A stretch of DNA of 44,430 nucleotides from a virus (IMGVR_UViG_3300008255_000030:1-44430); one strand, 5' to 3'. Shown: positions 17,513 to 27,745, counted from the stretch's first letter. The notes: generated by a model from the sequence alone, not told the origin. Made by a program: numbers and translations.

Positions 17513-17698
17513 ATGCAAAGATTTAATTATGAGGGTCGTTGGTACACCTTAGAACAATATCAAAAACTCTTAAATCCAGTTGAAGAAGTAATTGAAGAAA
17601 TAAAAGTTGAATTAGTAGAGGAAGAAGAAAAAGTAGAAGAAGTAAAGTCCACTAAATCAACTTCAAAACCTAAGGTTAATAAATCTAAAAAGAAATAA
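17513..17698 (+). CDS. Small protein with acidic middle and Lys-rich tail
   Basis: Typical post-capsid small gene; 1-nt spacing. Confidence 0.7.
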   Translation: MQRFNYEGRWYTLEQYQKLLNPVEEVIEEIKVELVEEEEKVEEVKSTKSTSKPKVNKSKKK

Positions 17699-17699
17699 T

Positions 17700-18080
17700 A
17701 TGGAAGATTATATCTTAAAATCTATCAGGGCTAGTCTGATTTTAACCGATACCTATGTAGTAGGAACTGTTTTAGACTTAGCTTCTAAATACAATAAAAT
17801 TGCTTTACTACTAGATTTTTCTAAGGGCAGTTTAACCACCGCAGAAATCAAAATAGAGTTCTCACCTGATAATACTAACTGGTATCAAGAAACATCTAGT
17901 GTTATTACGTCTGGAGTAAGTGCTGATGTTTTAACATCTCATCAGATTGATACTACTGGAAAATATCGTTTATTAGTTCCTACTGTTGATCGCTATATGA
18001 GAGTTTCTGTTAAGGGAACGGGAACTATGACTAATTCCTTAATGAAGGTTGACGCTGTTTTAGCTAACACCGAAAACTAA
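17700..18080 (+). CDS. Virion structural beta-sandwich protein
   Basis: IEFSPDNTNWY...RYMRV pattern. Confidence 0.65.
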   Translation: MEDYILKSIRASLILTDTYVVGTVLDLASKYNKIALLLDFSKGSLTTAEIKIEFSPDNTNWYQETSSVITSGVSADVLTSHQIDTTGKYRLLVPTVDRYMRVSVKGTGTMTNSLMKVDAVLANTEN

Positions 18081-18090
18081 TTAGAAAAAT

Positions 18091-18333
18091 ATGTTTACAA
18101 TTATTTCAAAGTCTTGGACTTTAATTAAACCCGATTTAATTAAGATTGGTAAAGGAGCTTTAATCGCTATCGGTGGAGCTATGGTCGCTTATCTAGGTCA
18201 AGTTAGCGGTATGATTGATTATTCTCATTACGGAATTTTTGGGTCTATTGTAGCGGTGTGTGTTAGCACTAGTTCATCCATTCTAATAAATGTTTTGAAT
18301 AAGTGGATTAACACAAGTACTTACCTAGATTAA
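18091..18333 (+). CDS. Holin-like membrane protein
   Basis: Two TM helices; DL.KIGKGALIA..GA pattern; near the endolysin. Confidence 0.6.
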   Translation: MFTIISKSWTLIKPDLIKIGKGALIAIGGAMVAYLGQVSGMIDYSHYGIFGSIVAVCVSTSSSILINVLNKWINTSTYLD

Positions 18334-18334
18334 T

Positions 18335-18496
18335 ATGTCAGAATTATTCGGTTGTTTATTCCAACTTCTAATCGGTTTATTCTTTATCTGGTTTATAATG
18401 ATTAACCCAGAATTAGTAACAGGTTTAGTGTCGGCAATGTCACAAGTATTTAACTTGATAATCCAACTGTTAACGCAAATTATTAACGCAATATAA
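18335..18496 (+). CDS. Small membrane protein (53 aa)
   Basis: Hand translation MSELFGCLFQLLIGLFFIWFIMINPE...; 1-nt spacers. Confidence 0.65.
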   Translation: MSELFGCLFQLLIGLFFIWFIMINPELVTGLVSAMSQVFNLIIQLLTQIINAI

Positions 18497-18497
18497 T

Positions 18498-18596
18498 ATG
18501 GATTACTTTATAAACTTCATTTTTTACACCCTAGCCTTAGTTGGTATCTGTTTAATCGTAGGAGTTGCTACCGAACACATATTTTTGACTTTTTAA
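18498..18596 (+). CDS. Small membrane peptide (32 aa)
   Basis: MDYFINFIFYTLALVGICLIVGVATEHIFLTF. Confidence 0.55.
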   Translation: MDYFINFIFYTLALVGICLIVGVATEHIFLTF

Positions 18597-18600
18597 CTAT

Positions 18601-18873
18601 ATGACTACCGTTAGGGATTTAGAAAAAAAATTTATGGATGAGATACAATCTATCAATAACAAGTTGGGAGATTTAGCCTTGAAACTTGAAGGCTTACCAG
18701 AAAGAATTATGGAGAAAGGTGATAATAGATATGCCTCCAAAGAAACAGAAAATCGTTTTAATGCTTTACAAGCTAAAATAGAAGAAAGAAATTATGATTG
18801 GGTTAAGTACGCAATCGTAACATTTGTAGGAATAATAATAGCTGTTTTTTTCTCTGATAAAATTGGTTTATAA
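18601..18873 (+). CDS. Coiled coil plus C-terminal TM protein (XhlA-like lysis accessory)
   Basis: D.RYASKE.E motif and a terminal hydrophobic helix. Confidence 0.65.
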   Translation: MTTVRDLEKKFMDEIQSINNKLGDLALKLEGLPERIMEKGDNRYASKETENRFNALQAKIEERNYDWVKYAIVTFVGIIIAVFFSDKIGL

Positions 18874-18917
18874 ATAATATCACAAGTTAAAATAGTTCTT
18901 TACAATAGGAGGTTATA

Positions 18918-19136
18918 ATGGAAACTCAATGGAAGTTTTCTCATTATCAGATGAATCCTCTAGGCAAAATATGGTTTTGTTGCCAGTGCGGATTTGGCTG
19001 TGAATGTTTCACAACTTATAGCGTTACACCACAACACTGTGCTGATAGATTAAGAAAATCTAAAGTACAAGAAATCAGACAATCTTTACGAGGTCATAAT
19101 AAGAAATCACCTCAAACAAACCACTTCGGAGCTTAA
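18918..19136 (+). CDS. Small Cys/His-rich protein
   Basis: Strong SD AGGAGG; CCQCG...HC. Confidence 0.65.
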   Translation: METQWKFSHYQMNPLGKIWFCCQCGFGCECFTTYSVTPQHCADRLRKSKVQEIRQSLRGHNKKSPQTNHFGA

Positions 19137-19166
19137 CCGCTCCATTTAACAAATTAAAAACCCTAT

Positions 19167-19301
19167 ATGGAACTTAAAAGGCAAGAATGTATTATTTTTA
19201 GTAGAGTTGTCGGATGGCTAACTCCGACTAAGAACTGGAATATAGGAAAACAAAGCGAATGGGAACAGCGTAAAGAATATAAAATAAAATGTCAGCAATA
19301 A
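19167..19301 (+). CDS. Stand-alone NrdD C-terminal glycyl-radical-domain peptide (44 aa)
   Basis: MELKRQECIIFSRVVGWLTPTKNWNIGKQSEWEQR matches the NrdD tail C.VYSRVxGYLRP...WN.GK..E...R. Confidence 0.8.
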   Translation: MELKRQECIIFSRVVGWLTPTKNWNIGKQSEWEQRKEYKIKCQQ

Positions 19302-20023
19302 AATTACAACTACCATTAAAACAAATTATAGTTACTCAACCTTTCGGAGTGAACTATTTAGATTTTTATAAGAACATGGGTCTAAACGGACACAACGGAA
19401 TTGATTTTAAAGCTTACAACGGAACAGAATGTTATGCTACTCACTACGGTATAGTGACTTTTGCTGGAGTAGACGGAGATGGTGGAGTATCTGTAACACT
19501 AACCGACCAAGTCAATCATTTTAAAACTATTTACTATCACTTGGAATCTGTAGCTTGTAAAGAGGGTGATAAAATACAAGCTGGTCAAGTAATTGGTTTG
19601 TGCGACAACACAGGTAAATATACAACTGGTTCTCACTTACATTTTGGTTTAAAACTCTTAGACGACGACAATTTTAATGTCCTTAATTATAACAACGGAT
19701 TTAAAGGAGCTGTTAATCCCGCCACTTTCTTTACTGCTACTTATACCGGTCAAGAAATTAGTCCTAAAGATTGGGATAAATCCAGATGCTATCACCGGTA
19801 CTACAGAGGTAGACCAAATGGTGGTTATTGGATTGAAAAATATCGTGTAGTCCCTTCTCTTACCGCATATCTCAAAAGACTTCCAACTAATGAAGAAATA
19901 AACGCTTGTACTTATGGAGGTTGGGATAGAGAAGTATTAATAAATCCAGCGATGTATATTATTTGGTCACAGTTAAAGAAAGACGAATACTTAGCAGGAG
20001 AGAAACCAGTTAATTCTTTTTAA
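19289..20023 (+). CDS. M23 family peptidase (endolysin)
   Basis: HNGID (HxxxD), YYHL and HLHFG (HxH) motifs. Confidence 0.9.
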   Translation: MSAIKLQLPLKQIIVTQPFGVNYLDFYKNMGLNGHNGIDFKAYNGTECYATHYGIVTFAGVDGDGGVSVTLTDQVNHFKTIYYHLESVACKEGDKIQAGQVIGLCDNTGKYTTGSHLHFGLKLLDDDNFNVLNYNNGFKGAVNPATFFTATYTGQEISPKDWDKSRCYHRYYRGRPNGGYWIEKYRVVPSLTAYLKRLPTNEEINACTYGGWDREVLINPAMYIIWSQLKKDEYLAGEKPVNSF

Positions 20024-20026
20024 TTT

Positions 20027-20695
20027 ATGTCATTTCAACTTTCAGATTTAAGAAGCGATGCTAGATACTTTGTATTTGGCGATAGCACCAAGACCGCTTA
20101 CGGAGATACTGATTTAGACCGTAATATCAACCGTTGGTATGAGTCCATCCTATCAGAAATTTTTGCTGTTAATGGGGAATGGCAAGTAAACGGAGATATT
20201 GCCACTTGTGATTTAGTGGCAGACCAAAATGAATATCCCCTACCAACAGATATTTTGAAACTTAATAAAGTTTATATCAAACCCACCTCTACTGATGACT
20301 ATCTAGAAGCCACACAACGAGATTTATCAGAAGTCCACGAAGATAATTCCACTTACAACCCTACTACACCGGAATTTGATTTATTGGATAATTCTATCTT
20401 TGTTTTCCTATCCGATAGCATAGTAGACGTAACTGACGGATTAAAAATTGTTTATCAAAAAGACTTAACCGAACTTTCAGAAACCACAGATGCTCCTAAT
20501 ATTTCCGAACCATTTAAGAGATTACTTTCTATGGGAGCAGCGTTTGATTATTGTCTTGCTAACGAATTAAACAACAAGGCTAAGAGTTTGAAAGTAATGA
20601 TTGATGAAGCTAAAGCAAGTCTAGTTGACTCATACGCCAACCGATCAACAGTTAAGCCAACAATCTTAGAGCCAGAAAAACAAAATTATTATTAA
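20027..20695 (+). CDS. Head-tail adaptor protein
   Basis: LVADQNEYPLPTD and D.P.I.E.F..LL..GA motifs typical of podovirus adaptors. Confidence 0.7.
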   Translation: MSFQLSDLRSDARYFVFGDSTKTAYGDTDLDRNINRWYESILSEIFAVNGEWQVNGDIATCDLVADQNEYPLPTDILKLNKVYIKPTSTDDYLEATQRDLSEVHEDNSTYNPTTPEFDLLDNSIFVFLSDSIVDVTDGLKIVYQKDLTELSETTDAPNISEPFKRLLSMGAAFDYCLANELNNKAKSLKVMIDEAKASLVDSYANRSTVKPTILEPEKQNYY

Positions 20696-20696
20696 T

Positions 20697-20825
20697 ATGT
20701 CTATTCCAAAGATGACAAAAGAAAAGGAGGATGAACTACTGAAAGAATTTAATGATTGTATGGAAGAACATAAAGCAATATCAAGAAAATCAATCCCAAC
20801 AAAATTTAATAAATTAATTAAATAA
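20697..20825 (+). CDS. Small hypothetical protein (42 aa)
   Basis: Fills the gap; MSIPKMTKEKEDELLKEF. Confidence 0.5.
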   Translation: MSIPKMTKEKEDELLKEFNDCMEEHKAISRKSIPTKFNKLIK

Positions 20826-20829
20826 TTAT

Positions 20830-21249
20830 ATGGCAGTATCACTGACCAAAATAGACTCCTTTGTGGAGAAAGTAGCCGAGAAGTCGTTTAACTTAGGTTC
20901 AGACCAATTGAAGATAGCTTTAACAAATACAGCTCACACTTCTACTTGGTCGCAGTTATCAGAATTAACTGAAGTTAGTTACACCAATTTATCTGGTGCG
21001 ACTCCGTTAAATGTTACAACCACAAGTTCCGCCCAAACTTCTGGAACTTATAAGTTAGTCTTAGCGGATTTAACCTTAACCGCAACGGGAGCAGTTGGCC
21101 CGTTCCGTTATATTTATCTCTATGACGATTCCGCAACCAATAAAGAATTGATTGCTTATTACGATTATGGTTCTTCAATTTCATTAGCGGATGGAGATAC
21201 ATTTACTATTGACTTTGATGCGAGCAATGGAGTAATTCAAATTGCTTAG
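20830..21249 (+). CDS. Virion structural protein
   Basis: SDQLKIALTNTA...GPFRY..LYDD...LIAYYDYGSSISLADG.TFTIDF, a widespread phage tail-associated pattern. Confidence 0.75.
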   Translation: MAVSLTKIDSFVEKVAEKSFNLGSDQLKIALTNTAHTSTWSQLSELTEVSYTNLSGATPLNVTTTSSAQTSGTYKLVLADLTLTATGAVGPFRYIYLYDDSATNKELIAYYDYGSSISLADGDTFTIDFDASNGVIQIA

Positions 21250-21252
21250 TAA

Positions 21253-21295
21253 TTTTTTAGGGGAGTAGCGGGGGGAATCCCGACTCCCTTAAAAA
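21253..21295. terminator. Hairpin, possibly bidirectional terminator
   Basis: TTTTTAGGGGAGT...ACTCCCTTAAAAA. Confidence 0.5.
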
Positions 21296-21319
21296 GATTA
21301 TTAGTTTAAATTGGAATAT

Positions 21320-22489
21320 ATGGCTTCAATATTTACAGACGATTTTAATTCTTATAGTGACGGTGCCATAGTTGGCCAGGGCAGTTGGACTAATCAACAA
21401 GAAGGAGATAAGTTTACTGTTCAGGGGACAACAGTTAAGGAGGGAGCTAAGGCGCTCCAAGTTGTTATTGGTGGAACAATTACCCCAATTATTCATAAAA
21501 CTGGAACAGGGGTCGCCACTGGGAGATTATCTTTTTATGTAAGAAAAACAGGAACAAATCACGAGTTTATAGTATCTATTGAAAAAAGGTCAACTACTCA
21601 AGGAGCTATAGTTAAGTTTGATGCGTCTGGGAATATAACTTATTTTAATGGCTCTACTTATGCGACAATACAGGCGTATAGTGCCGATACTTGGTATTTA
21701 ATAGAGGTTGAGTGGAGAGTATCAGACCATAAAGCAAGATATAGAATAGATGGGGGAACCTGGACTGATTACTATGCTGTTAATGGCTCTACTTGGACTG
21801 AGTTAGATGCTGTTAGATTATTTGGCGATGCTAGTATATCGGGAACGTCTTATATAGATTACATAGATGAAAACCCAATAGTAACTACAATAATTTATAC
21901 CCTTATCTGCGCTCAATCCTCCTTTTCTCTAACAGGAATATCCGCCTTATTCACTAAAGCTCTAAATCTTATAGCTTCTGTTGGAGATTTTGCCTTAACT
22001 GGAATAGCCGTAATTCTAAACAGAGGAAAAACTTTATTTACTACTGTCGGCAATTATACTGTAACTGGTGTTAACATAAGTTTCACTAAAGCTCTAAATC
22101 TTATAGCTTCTGTTGGAAGCTATACACTAACAGGGATAGACACTATTTTAAGTAAAGGTTTACATATGGTCATTTCTGTCGGAGAGTTTGCTTTAACAGG
22201 AATTGATTTACTTTTTCATCGGGGTTGGGTTTTAATTGCTTCTGTCGGAGAATATACTTTAACAGGGATTGATGTTATTCTTAATAAAGGTTATAAACTA
22301 ATTACTTCCGTTGGTGAGTTCACTCTCACAGGTATTGATTTACTAATTCATAGAGGATATAATTTTGCGGTTAATGTTGGTTCATTTATTCTTACTGGTA
22401 TTGATGTAGTGTTTCCTGGAAAAGGTAATTGGTTATGGACTAATCGCACAAAGCCAACAACTAGTTGGACTAATCGCACAAAACCCTAA
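21320..22489 (+). CDS. Tail fibre/adhesin-like protein: N-terminal lectin-like beta domain plus about 8 repeats of 22 aa
   Basis: FTDDFNSY..G...GQ..W and TWYLIEVEW; repeats LxASVGxFxLTGID. Confidence 0.7.
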   Translation: MASIFTDDFNSYSDGAIVGQGSWTNQQEGDKFTVQGTTVKEGAKALQVVIGGTITPIIHKTGTGVATGRLSFYVRKTGTNHEFIVSIEKRSTTQGAIVKFDASGNITYFNGSTYATIQAYSADTWYLIEVEWRVSDHKARYRIDGGTWTDYYAVNGSTWTELDAVRLFGDASISGTSYIDYIDENPIVTTIIYTLICAQSSFSLTGISALFTKALNLIASVGDFALTGIAVILNRGKTLFTTVGNYTVTGVNISFTKALNLIASVGSYTLTGIDTILSKGLHMVISVGEFALTGIDLLFHRGWVLIASVGEYTLTGIDVILNKGYKLITSVGEFTLTGIDLLIHRGYNFAVNVGSFILTGIDVVFPGKGNWLWTNRTKPTTSWTNRTKP

Positions 22490-23856
22490 TGCCATTTCTA
22501 CAAATAAACAATTCTGACTTTCTAAAAGGAATGTCCTTAACCGACTATTCGGGTGATAAGGGCTTTTCGCCGTTAAGCAAAGGTTTTGAAGTTGATAGAA
22601 CTTCTAAACTAGGATTACTACAAGCAGGAAGAAGTTTAACTGATTACAGCACTAATTTAGACAGTCCTGTAATAGCAAAAGTAAAACACTATCGCAGTAA
22701 TACTTTTTACTACTACTTGGTTTGTGAGAATAGTAAAATATTTGAAACTAACGCCGAAATAACACCTTCCAATACATTAAAAGATACTGCTACAGGAAAA
22801 GCTTTTGCGGCCGGCCAATCCCACGCTTACGATTATCAGAATAAATTATTTATAACTTCGACTACTGATATTTATTATGATGATTTTACTTTTGCTTCAC
22901 CAGATAAAACTTGGTGGACAACTACTCTAGGAAAGACAGCCTTAACCGCAGGAGTTCCACACAAAATGTTTGAGTTTGGAGAAGTCCTTTATATTCTAAA
23001 TGGAAATATTATAGCTTCTTGGGACGGAACAACCGCCACAGACGCCGCCTTTACTTTACCGACTGGATGGATAATTACAGATGCCGAGATTGATAACGAT
23101 ATTGTTTATCTTACTATCACTAAGACAGTAGCGGACTACATAAAAAATACTCAGACTAAAATTATTGTTTGGAATGGAGTATCTTCTACTACTTGGTTAA
23201 GGGAAGTTCCTGTTTACACCCCCTCAATTTCTGCTATAAAGAAAGCTGATCAAGGCTTTATTTTCTTTGCTGGTCGTAGTATTTATTTCTTTGACGGATA
23301 TAATTACCAATGGCTTAGAAATATATCTAACAATCCAAATTTTAGTCAGGTAATTTCTTATAACGGTAATATCTATTATGCTGATTATCAGTCTATCGGT
23401 GCTTATAATACTAGACTAAAGATTTTTACTTACCCAGTTTATTACACAGGTAATATTTCTGCTTTAGATATTTCTTATTCCGATTACCTTGATGTTTTCA
23501 CTTACGACAACAAAATGTATCGGGCGATGAACAATAATTATTCAGGCTCTACCTTCCTATCTAATTGGTACGAGTTAGGAAATGTTAAGATAAAAAAGGT
23601 AGTATTAGGATTTAACGGAGCATTAGCCACCAACTCAACTTATACCTTTACAATTTACGACGAAGCAAGTACACAAAAATATACCGATACTATTTCCAAA
23701 GCATTAGACGGGGCTGTTTCGGTTGTGGTTAGAAATAATGTAAATGTAGATGTTTGTTTAGCTCAATTCAGATTACAGTTCAACAACACTGCTAATTCCG
23801 CTGTTCGTTTTATTCATATCTATTACGAGCCACTTGAAAACTATGTTAGCAAATAA
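22489..23856 (+). CDS. Tail nozzle/stabilisation protein (beta-propeller-like)
   Basis: All-beta, Y/W-rich; position before the ejection proteins. Confidence 0.6.
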   Translation: MPFLQINNSDFLKGMSLTDYSGDKGFSPLSKGFEVDRTSKLGLLQAGRSLTDYSTNLDSPVIAKVKHYRSNTFYYYLVCENSKIFETNAEITPSNTLKDTATGKAFAAGQSHAYDYQNKLFITSTTDIYYDDFTFASPDKTWWTTTLGKTALTAGVPHKMFEFGEVLYILNGNIIASWDGTTATDAAFTLPTGWIITDAEIDNDIVYLTITKTVADYIKNTQTKIIVWNGVSSTTWLREVPVYTPSISAIKKADQGFIFFAGRSIYFFDGYNYQWLRNISNNPNFSQVISYNGNIYYADYQSIGAYNTRLKIFTYPVYYTGNISALDISYSDYLDVFTYDNKMYRAMNNNYSGSTFLSNWYELGNVKIKKVVLGFNGALATNSTYTFTIYDEASTQKYTDTISKALDGAVSVVVRNNVNVDVCLAQFRLQFNNTANSAVRFIHIYYEPLENYVSK

Positions 23857-24094
23857 AACACAAGATATAGTGGTAGGAAACAACAACACACCACAAGATA
23901 TAGAAAATCAGAAATTTACTGTTCCCACCAATATTAAATATCTTGAAGGATTTATTGAGACCCTTTCTGCTATTCCAACCTTTACACCTAAAAAATTTTG
24001 GGATAGTCTTAAAATAGTTGATGACGGAACTAATTACAGATTATATATTTTTAATTCTAAATCAGGAGAATGGAAATATGTTAATTTGTCTTAA
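23843..24094 (+). CDS. Small virion protein
   Basis: RLYIF....WKYV.L C-terminus; overlaps the upstream gene. Confidence 0.65.
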   Translation: MLANKTQDIVVGNNNTPQDIENQKFTVPTNIKYLEGFIETLSAIPTFTPKKFWDSLKIVDDGTNYRLYIFNSKSGEWKYVNLS

Positions 24095-24109
24095 TGGTAT
24101 AATATATAT

Positions 24110-26380
24110 ATGGCTAATTTTTATAAACAAAACGGAAGCTACTTCAATTCAACTGATAATTCTAAGATTTTAAATCCAACTGATTTACAGACTCTAGCTA
24201 GTGCAGGTGGAAAAGAAATATCAGCTCCCACTATTCAACCAAAAGTAGATTCCTCTACTCTCAATCTTGGCGTTCAAAACTCAAATGTTAATTTACCTTC
24301 TTCCAATGATCAAGCGGTTAGTTTATATACTGACCGGACTATTGCTGATGGAACAAAACAACAAACCGATTTACAAGCTGAACTTAACAACCTAAAATCT
24401 CAAAGAATAAAAGATACTCAAACTCAATTAGCCAGTGAACAGGCAACCAATAATAATCTTGTCACAGATAAGAATACACAGATTACGAATTATGACACCA
24501 AAATGAACCCCTTGAAGGATAAGGCAGTCGGTATTTACGACTCAATGCTTAATTCTATTAAGGACACCAACTATACCGAATTAGTCCAACAGAAACTAAA
24601 CCTGACTAATGATATTGTCAACTACTCCAAGATGATGAGTGATGAGCTCGCAACCGCTTCTAGTAGAGGTGGTATTTCTTCTATTGCGACTAATAGGTCT
24701 AATGACATTAAAGAAAATTACACTTCTAAAATTGCTATAGCCCAAGCATCTCAATCAGCTATTGACGGAAATTTTAATCTAGCTTTTGACATAATGGATA
24801 AAGGAGCTAATGCTATTCAGAATCTAACTACTGATAGAATCAATTTTATCAATACAGTTAAAGGAATATACGACCAACCTATTAGCGAATCAAACGCTAA
24901 AATTACTACTCTTACCGCAGACCAAAAGAAACTTTTAGACCAAGCAGTTAATGATGCTCAAACAAAATTAGACAATGTTCAAGCTAACAAAGATACTATA
25001 ATGGAATTGATGAGGACGAATCCTATAATTGCCAATAAAGCTGGATTGTCTTTAACCGATACACCAGAAAAGATTACGCAAAAACTTAACGACTTTTATG
25101 TTGCTAATCCGCAATACACACCAGATAATCAAGCGTGGATTAAGGGAGTTATGGAAAAATACTACGATGCCGGTATTACAATGAACGATTCATTAGTAAC
25201 TGTTAAGAGTAAGGTTTTAAATTCAAACTCATATAAGAACGAACAAAGCACCAACCAATTAAAATTAACTGAAAGTGGTTTTGTTTATGACAATAATGGA
25301 AATCTTGTAAAAGATGTTTCTAGTTCTACTGCCGACCAAATAGCAGAAGCAATTAAACAAGTTGAGAGTGGTGGTAATTATAACGCACAAGGAGGAAGTG
25401 GAGAAAACGGAGCTTATCAATTTATGCCAGCAACATGGCGGGCTTGGAGTTCTGATTATGCTAGTCAGGTATTACAAGAATCAGTCGCTAAACTTCCTAT
25501 GACAGAAGAAAATCAAGATGCTGTTGCTAAATGGAAAATTCAATCTTGGTTAGACCAAGGATTAACACCTCAACAAATAGCTGCTAAGTGGAATAGCGGA
25601 AGTGAAATTGGTTGGGAAAATAAAATAGGTACAAACTCTAAAGGGATTGCTTATGATGTCCCGTCTTATGTTAATAAGGTTGTTAAGGCTTTAGCTGGAA
25701 ACGAAAAAATTAATAATGATGTCATTAATTGGGCTAATCAAGTATCAACTGGTGAACGTAAATTTTCTGATGTTCCTAAAGAATTACAAACAGATGTAAA
25801 TAATTATATGTCTGCTAATGGTTCTATTTCTAAAATTGATGCCGAAGCTAACGCAAAACTTCAAGATAAAATTACTCAAATAGACGAATTGATAAAAGGC
25901 ACAAGTAATAGCGGAGCAGTCGGGCCGAATTTTCTTGCTAGAACTTCCCTTACTTCTTGGTTTACAGGAACTCGTCAGGCTTTTGTTGGTTCAGTCAAAC
26001 AACTCTTATCTAAAGAAACAATTGACACCTTAATTAATCTTAAAAAAGGTGGTGGAACTCTTGGAGCGTTATCAGACCAAGAAAGAATTATGTTACAAAA
26101 CGCCGCTACTAAAATTGGTGGTTGGGAAATGAAAGATAATAGCGGAAATGGTACTGGTTTTTATGATGTTAGAGAAACAGACTTTATCAAGGAATTAGAA
26201 AATATTAAAACTCTAGCAAAAAGGGCTATTGATAATGCTGGTGGACAGACAGGAATTATTAATACCTTAGAACAAAATTTGGCTTCTAATCCTGATAGAG
26301 TTGATGAATACAATCAATTAGTTTCTGATAATCCAAATCTTACAGAAGATGACATTAATCAATTAATGGGTTTCAAATAA
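24110..26380 (+). CDS. Ejection/internal virion protein with lytic transglycosylase domain
   Basis: AIKQVESGGNY.A..GSGE.GAYQFMPATW...Q..VA; N/Q-rich helical body. Confidence 0.85.
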   Translation: MANFYKQNGSYFNSTDNSKILNPTDLQTLASAGGKEISAPTIQPKVDSSTLNLGVQNSNVNLPSSNDQAVSLYTDRTIADGTKQQTDLQAELNNLKSQRIKDTQTQLASEQATNNNLVTDKNTQITNYDTKMNPLKDKAVGIYDSMLNSIKDTNYTELVQQKLNLTNDIVNYSKMMSDELATASSRGGISSIATNRSNDIKENYTSKIAIAQASQSAIDGNFNLAFDIMDKGANAIQNLTTDRINFINTVKGIYDQPISESNAKITTLTADQKKLLDQAVNDAQTKLDNVQANKDTIMELMRTNPIIANKAGLSLTDTPEKITQKLNDFYVANPQYTPDNQAWIKGVMEKYYDAGITMNDSLVTVKSKVLNSNSYKNEQSTNQLKLTESGFVYDNNGNLVKDVSSSTADQIAEAIKQVESGGNYNAQGGSGENGAYQFMPATWRAWSSDYASQVLQESVAKLPMTEENQDAVAKWKIQSWLDQGLTPQQIAAKWNSGSEIGWENKIGTNSKGIAYDVPSYVNKVVKALAGNEKINNDVINWANQVSTGERKFSDVPKELQTDVNNYMSANGSISKIDAEANAKLQDKITQIDELIKGTSNSGAVGPNFLARTSLTSWFTGTRQAFVGSVKQLLSKETIDTLINLKKGGGTLGALSDQERIMLQNAATKIGGWEMKDNSGNGTGFYDVRETDFIKELENIKTLAKRAIDNAGGQTGIINTLEQNLASNPDRVDEYNQLVSDNPNLTEDDINQLMGFK

Positions 26381-26381
26381 T

Positions 26382-27671
26382 ATGCTTACACCAGAACAAA
26401 TTAATCAGATCAGAGCAAAATCAGGTTTATCCCCCCTACCTCAAACTAGCACCGCTAAATCTAATTTAGTTGGTAAATATGACTATCTAAAAAAAGATAA
26501 AGGTTTTGTTGATAATGTAAAAGAATCCGCTATTAAAAGAGGTTCTGATATAAAAACAGCTTTAAGCGGTGATGTTAATCCATTATCTGCCGGTCTTCAA
26601 TTTTGGGGAGCTGGAGCTGGATTAGTCAATGATGTGATAGGTGCTGGAATACAAAAACTAGCCCCAGGTGTTACTGAAAAAATTGGAGAGGTTGCTGGTA
26701 AAGTTATGAATACAGAGCCTATTAAAAATGTTGTTTCTTCTTATGAAGATTTTAAGTCTAAACACCCAGAAGCGGCTAAAGACTTAGAATCAGCTACTAA
26801 TATTTTATCTTTATTACCTACTGGTAAAGCTATTGGGGTTGGAAGTAAAGCTATTAAGACTGGTGCTGAAATTACAGAACAAGGAGCTAATTCTGCTCTT
26901 AATACTACTGGAAAACTTTTAGAGAAAGCAGGAGAGAAATCAATGAAGTTAGCTATTCCATTAAATAAATTAGAAGCTGGTCTAGTTCAATCATATAGAG
27001 CTAAAAATCCTTTACTACAAAGATTATTTAAGCCACTAGCAGAACAACCAAGAACCGCCGCAATTACTGCCCTTGATAAAGGTTTCGCTGGCAGTGAAAG
27101 TATGATTGGTGTTCAGGCTAACAGAGAAGCTGTAAACCTTTGGAATAATACTATTAAACCTGCTGTAAAAAGTATACCAGAAAAATATAATATTCAAGAG
27201 GCTATTCAATCATTGGGAAAAACTATAAGTAAAGAAGCTAATCCTTCAAGACGGGGTGATTTATTAAATGCTTTTGAATCATTAAAAAATGATTATAAAG
27301 GTTTTTCAACTGTTTCATTTGAAAGGGCACAATCTATAAAAAAAGGAATCGCTAAGTTTATTCCCGAAAGGTCTTATAACGGTAAACCTATAGGAAGTGC
27401 TTTTAAAGAATTACAAGATATGCTTGCTGACGATATTCGTCTTAAAACTTATAAGGCTCTTAAAGATGTCAATATAAAAGCAGACTACTTTGATTATGGT
27501 AATCTGTTGAAACTACAAGAACTTGGTAAAAAAGCTATGACTGGTGCTAAGTCAAAAGGTGGTTTTGGTTCATTCGTAAGTAATATTTGGGATGCAGGAG
27601 CAACTCCAATACTTACTACTGGAGCACAGATATTAAATAAGGGCGGTAAAGTATTACAAAAGATTAAGTAA
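26382..27671 (+). CDS. Ejection/internal virion protein
   Basis: G/A/K-rich helical protein; last gene of the virion module. Confidence 0.7.
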   Translation: MLTPEQINQIRAKSGLSPLPQTSTAKSNLVGKYDYLKKDKGFVDNVKESAIKRGSDIKTALSGDVNPLSAGLQFWGAGAGLVNDVIGAGIQKLAPGVTEKIGEVAGKVMNTEPIKNVVSSYEDFKSKHPEAAKDLESATNILSLLPTGKAIGVGSKAIKTGAEITEQGANSALNTTGKLLEKAGEKSMKLAIPLNKLEAGLVQSYRAKNPLLQRLFKPLAEQPRTAAITALDKGFAGSESMIGVQANREAVNLWNNTIKPAVKSIPEKYNIQEAIQSLGKTISKEANPSRRGDLLNAFESLKNDYKGFSTVSFERAQSIKKGIAKFIPERSYNGKPIGSAFKELQDMLADDIRLKTYKALKDVNIKADYFDYGNLLKLQELGKKAMTGAKSKGGFGSFVSNIWDAGATPILTTGAQILNKGGKVLQKIK

Positions 27672-27743
27672 TTATGCTTCAATAAAGCTAATCACCATTC
27701 CGATCACAAGAATTGCTACGATTATCGACAAGATTATATTCAT
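27672..27743 (-). CDS. 23-aa hydrophobic peptide
   Basis: MNIILSIIVAILVIGMVISFIEA; its stop abuts the stop of the convergent gene. Confidence 0.4.
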   Translation of the reverse strand: MNIILSIIVAILVIGMVISFIEA

Positions 27744-27745
27744 AT

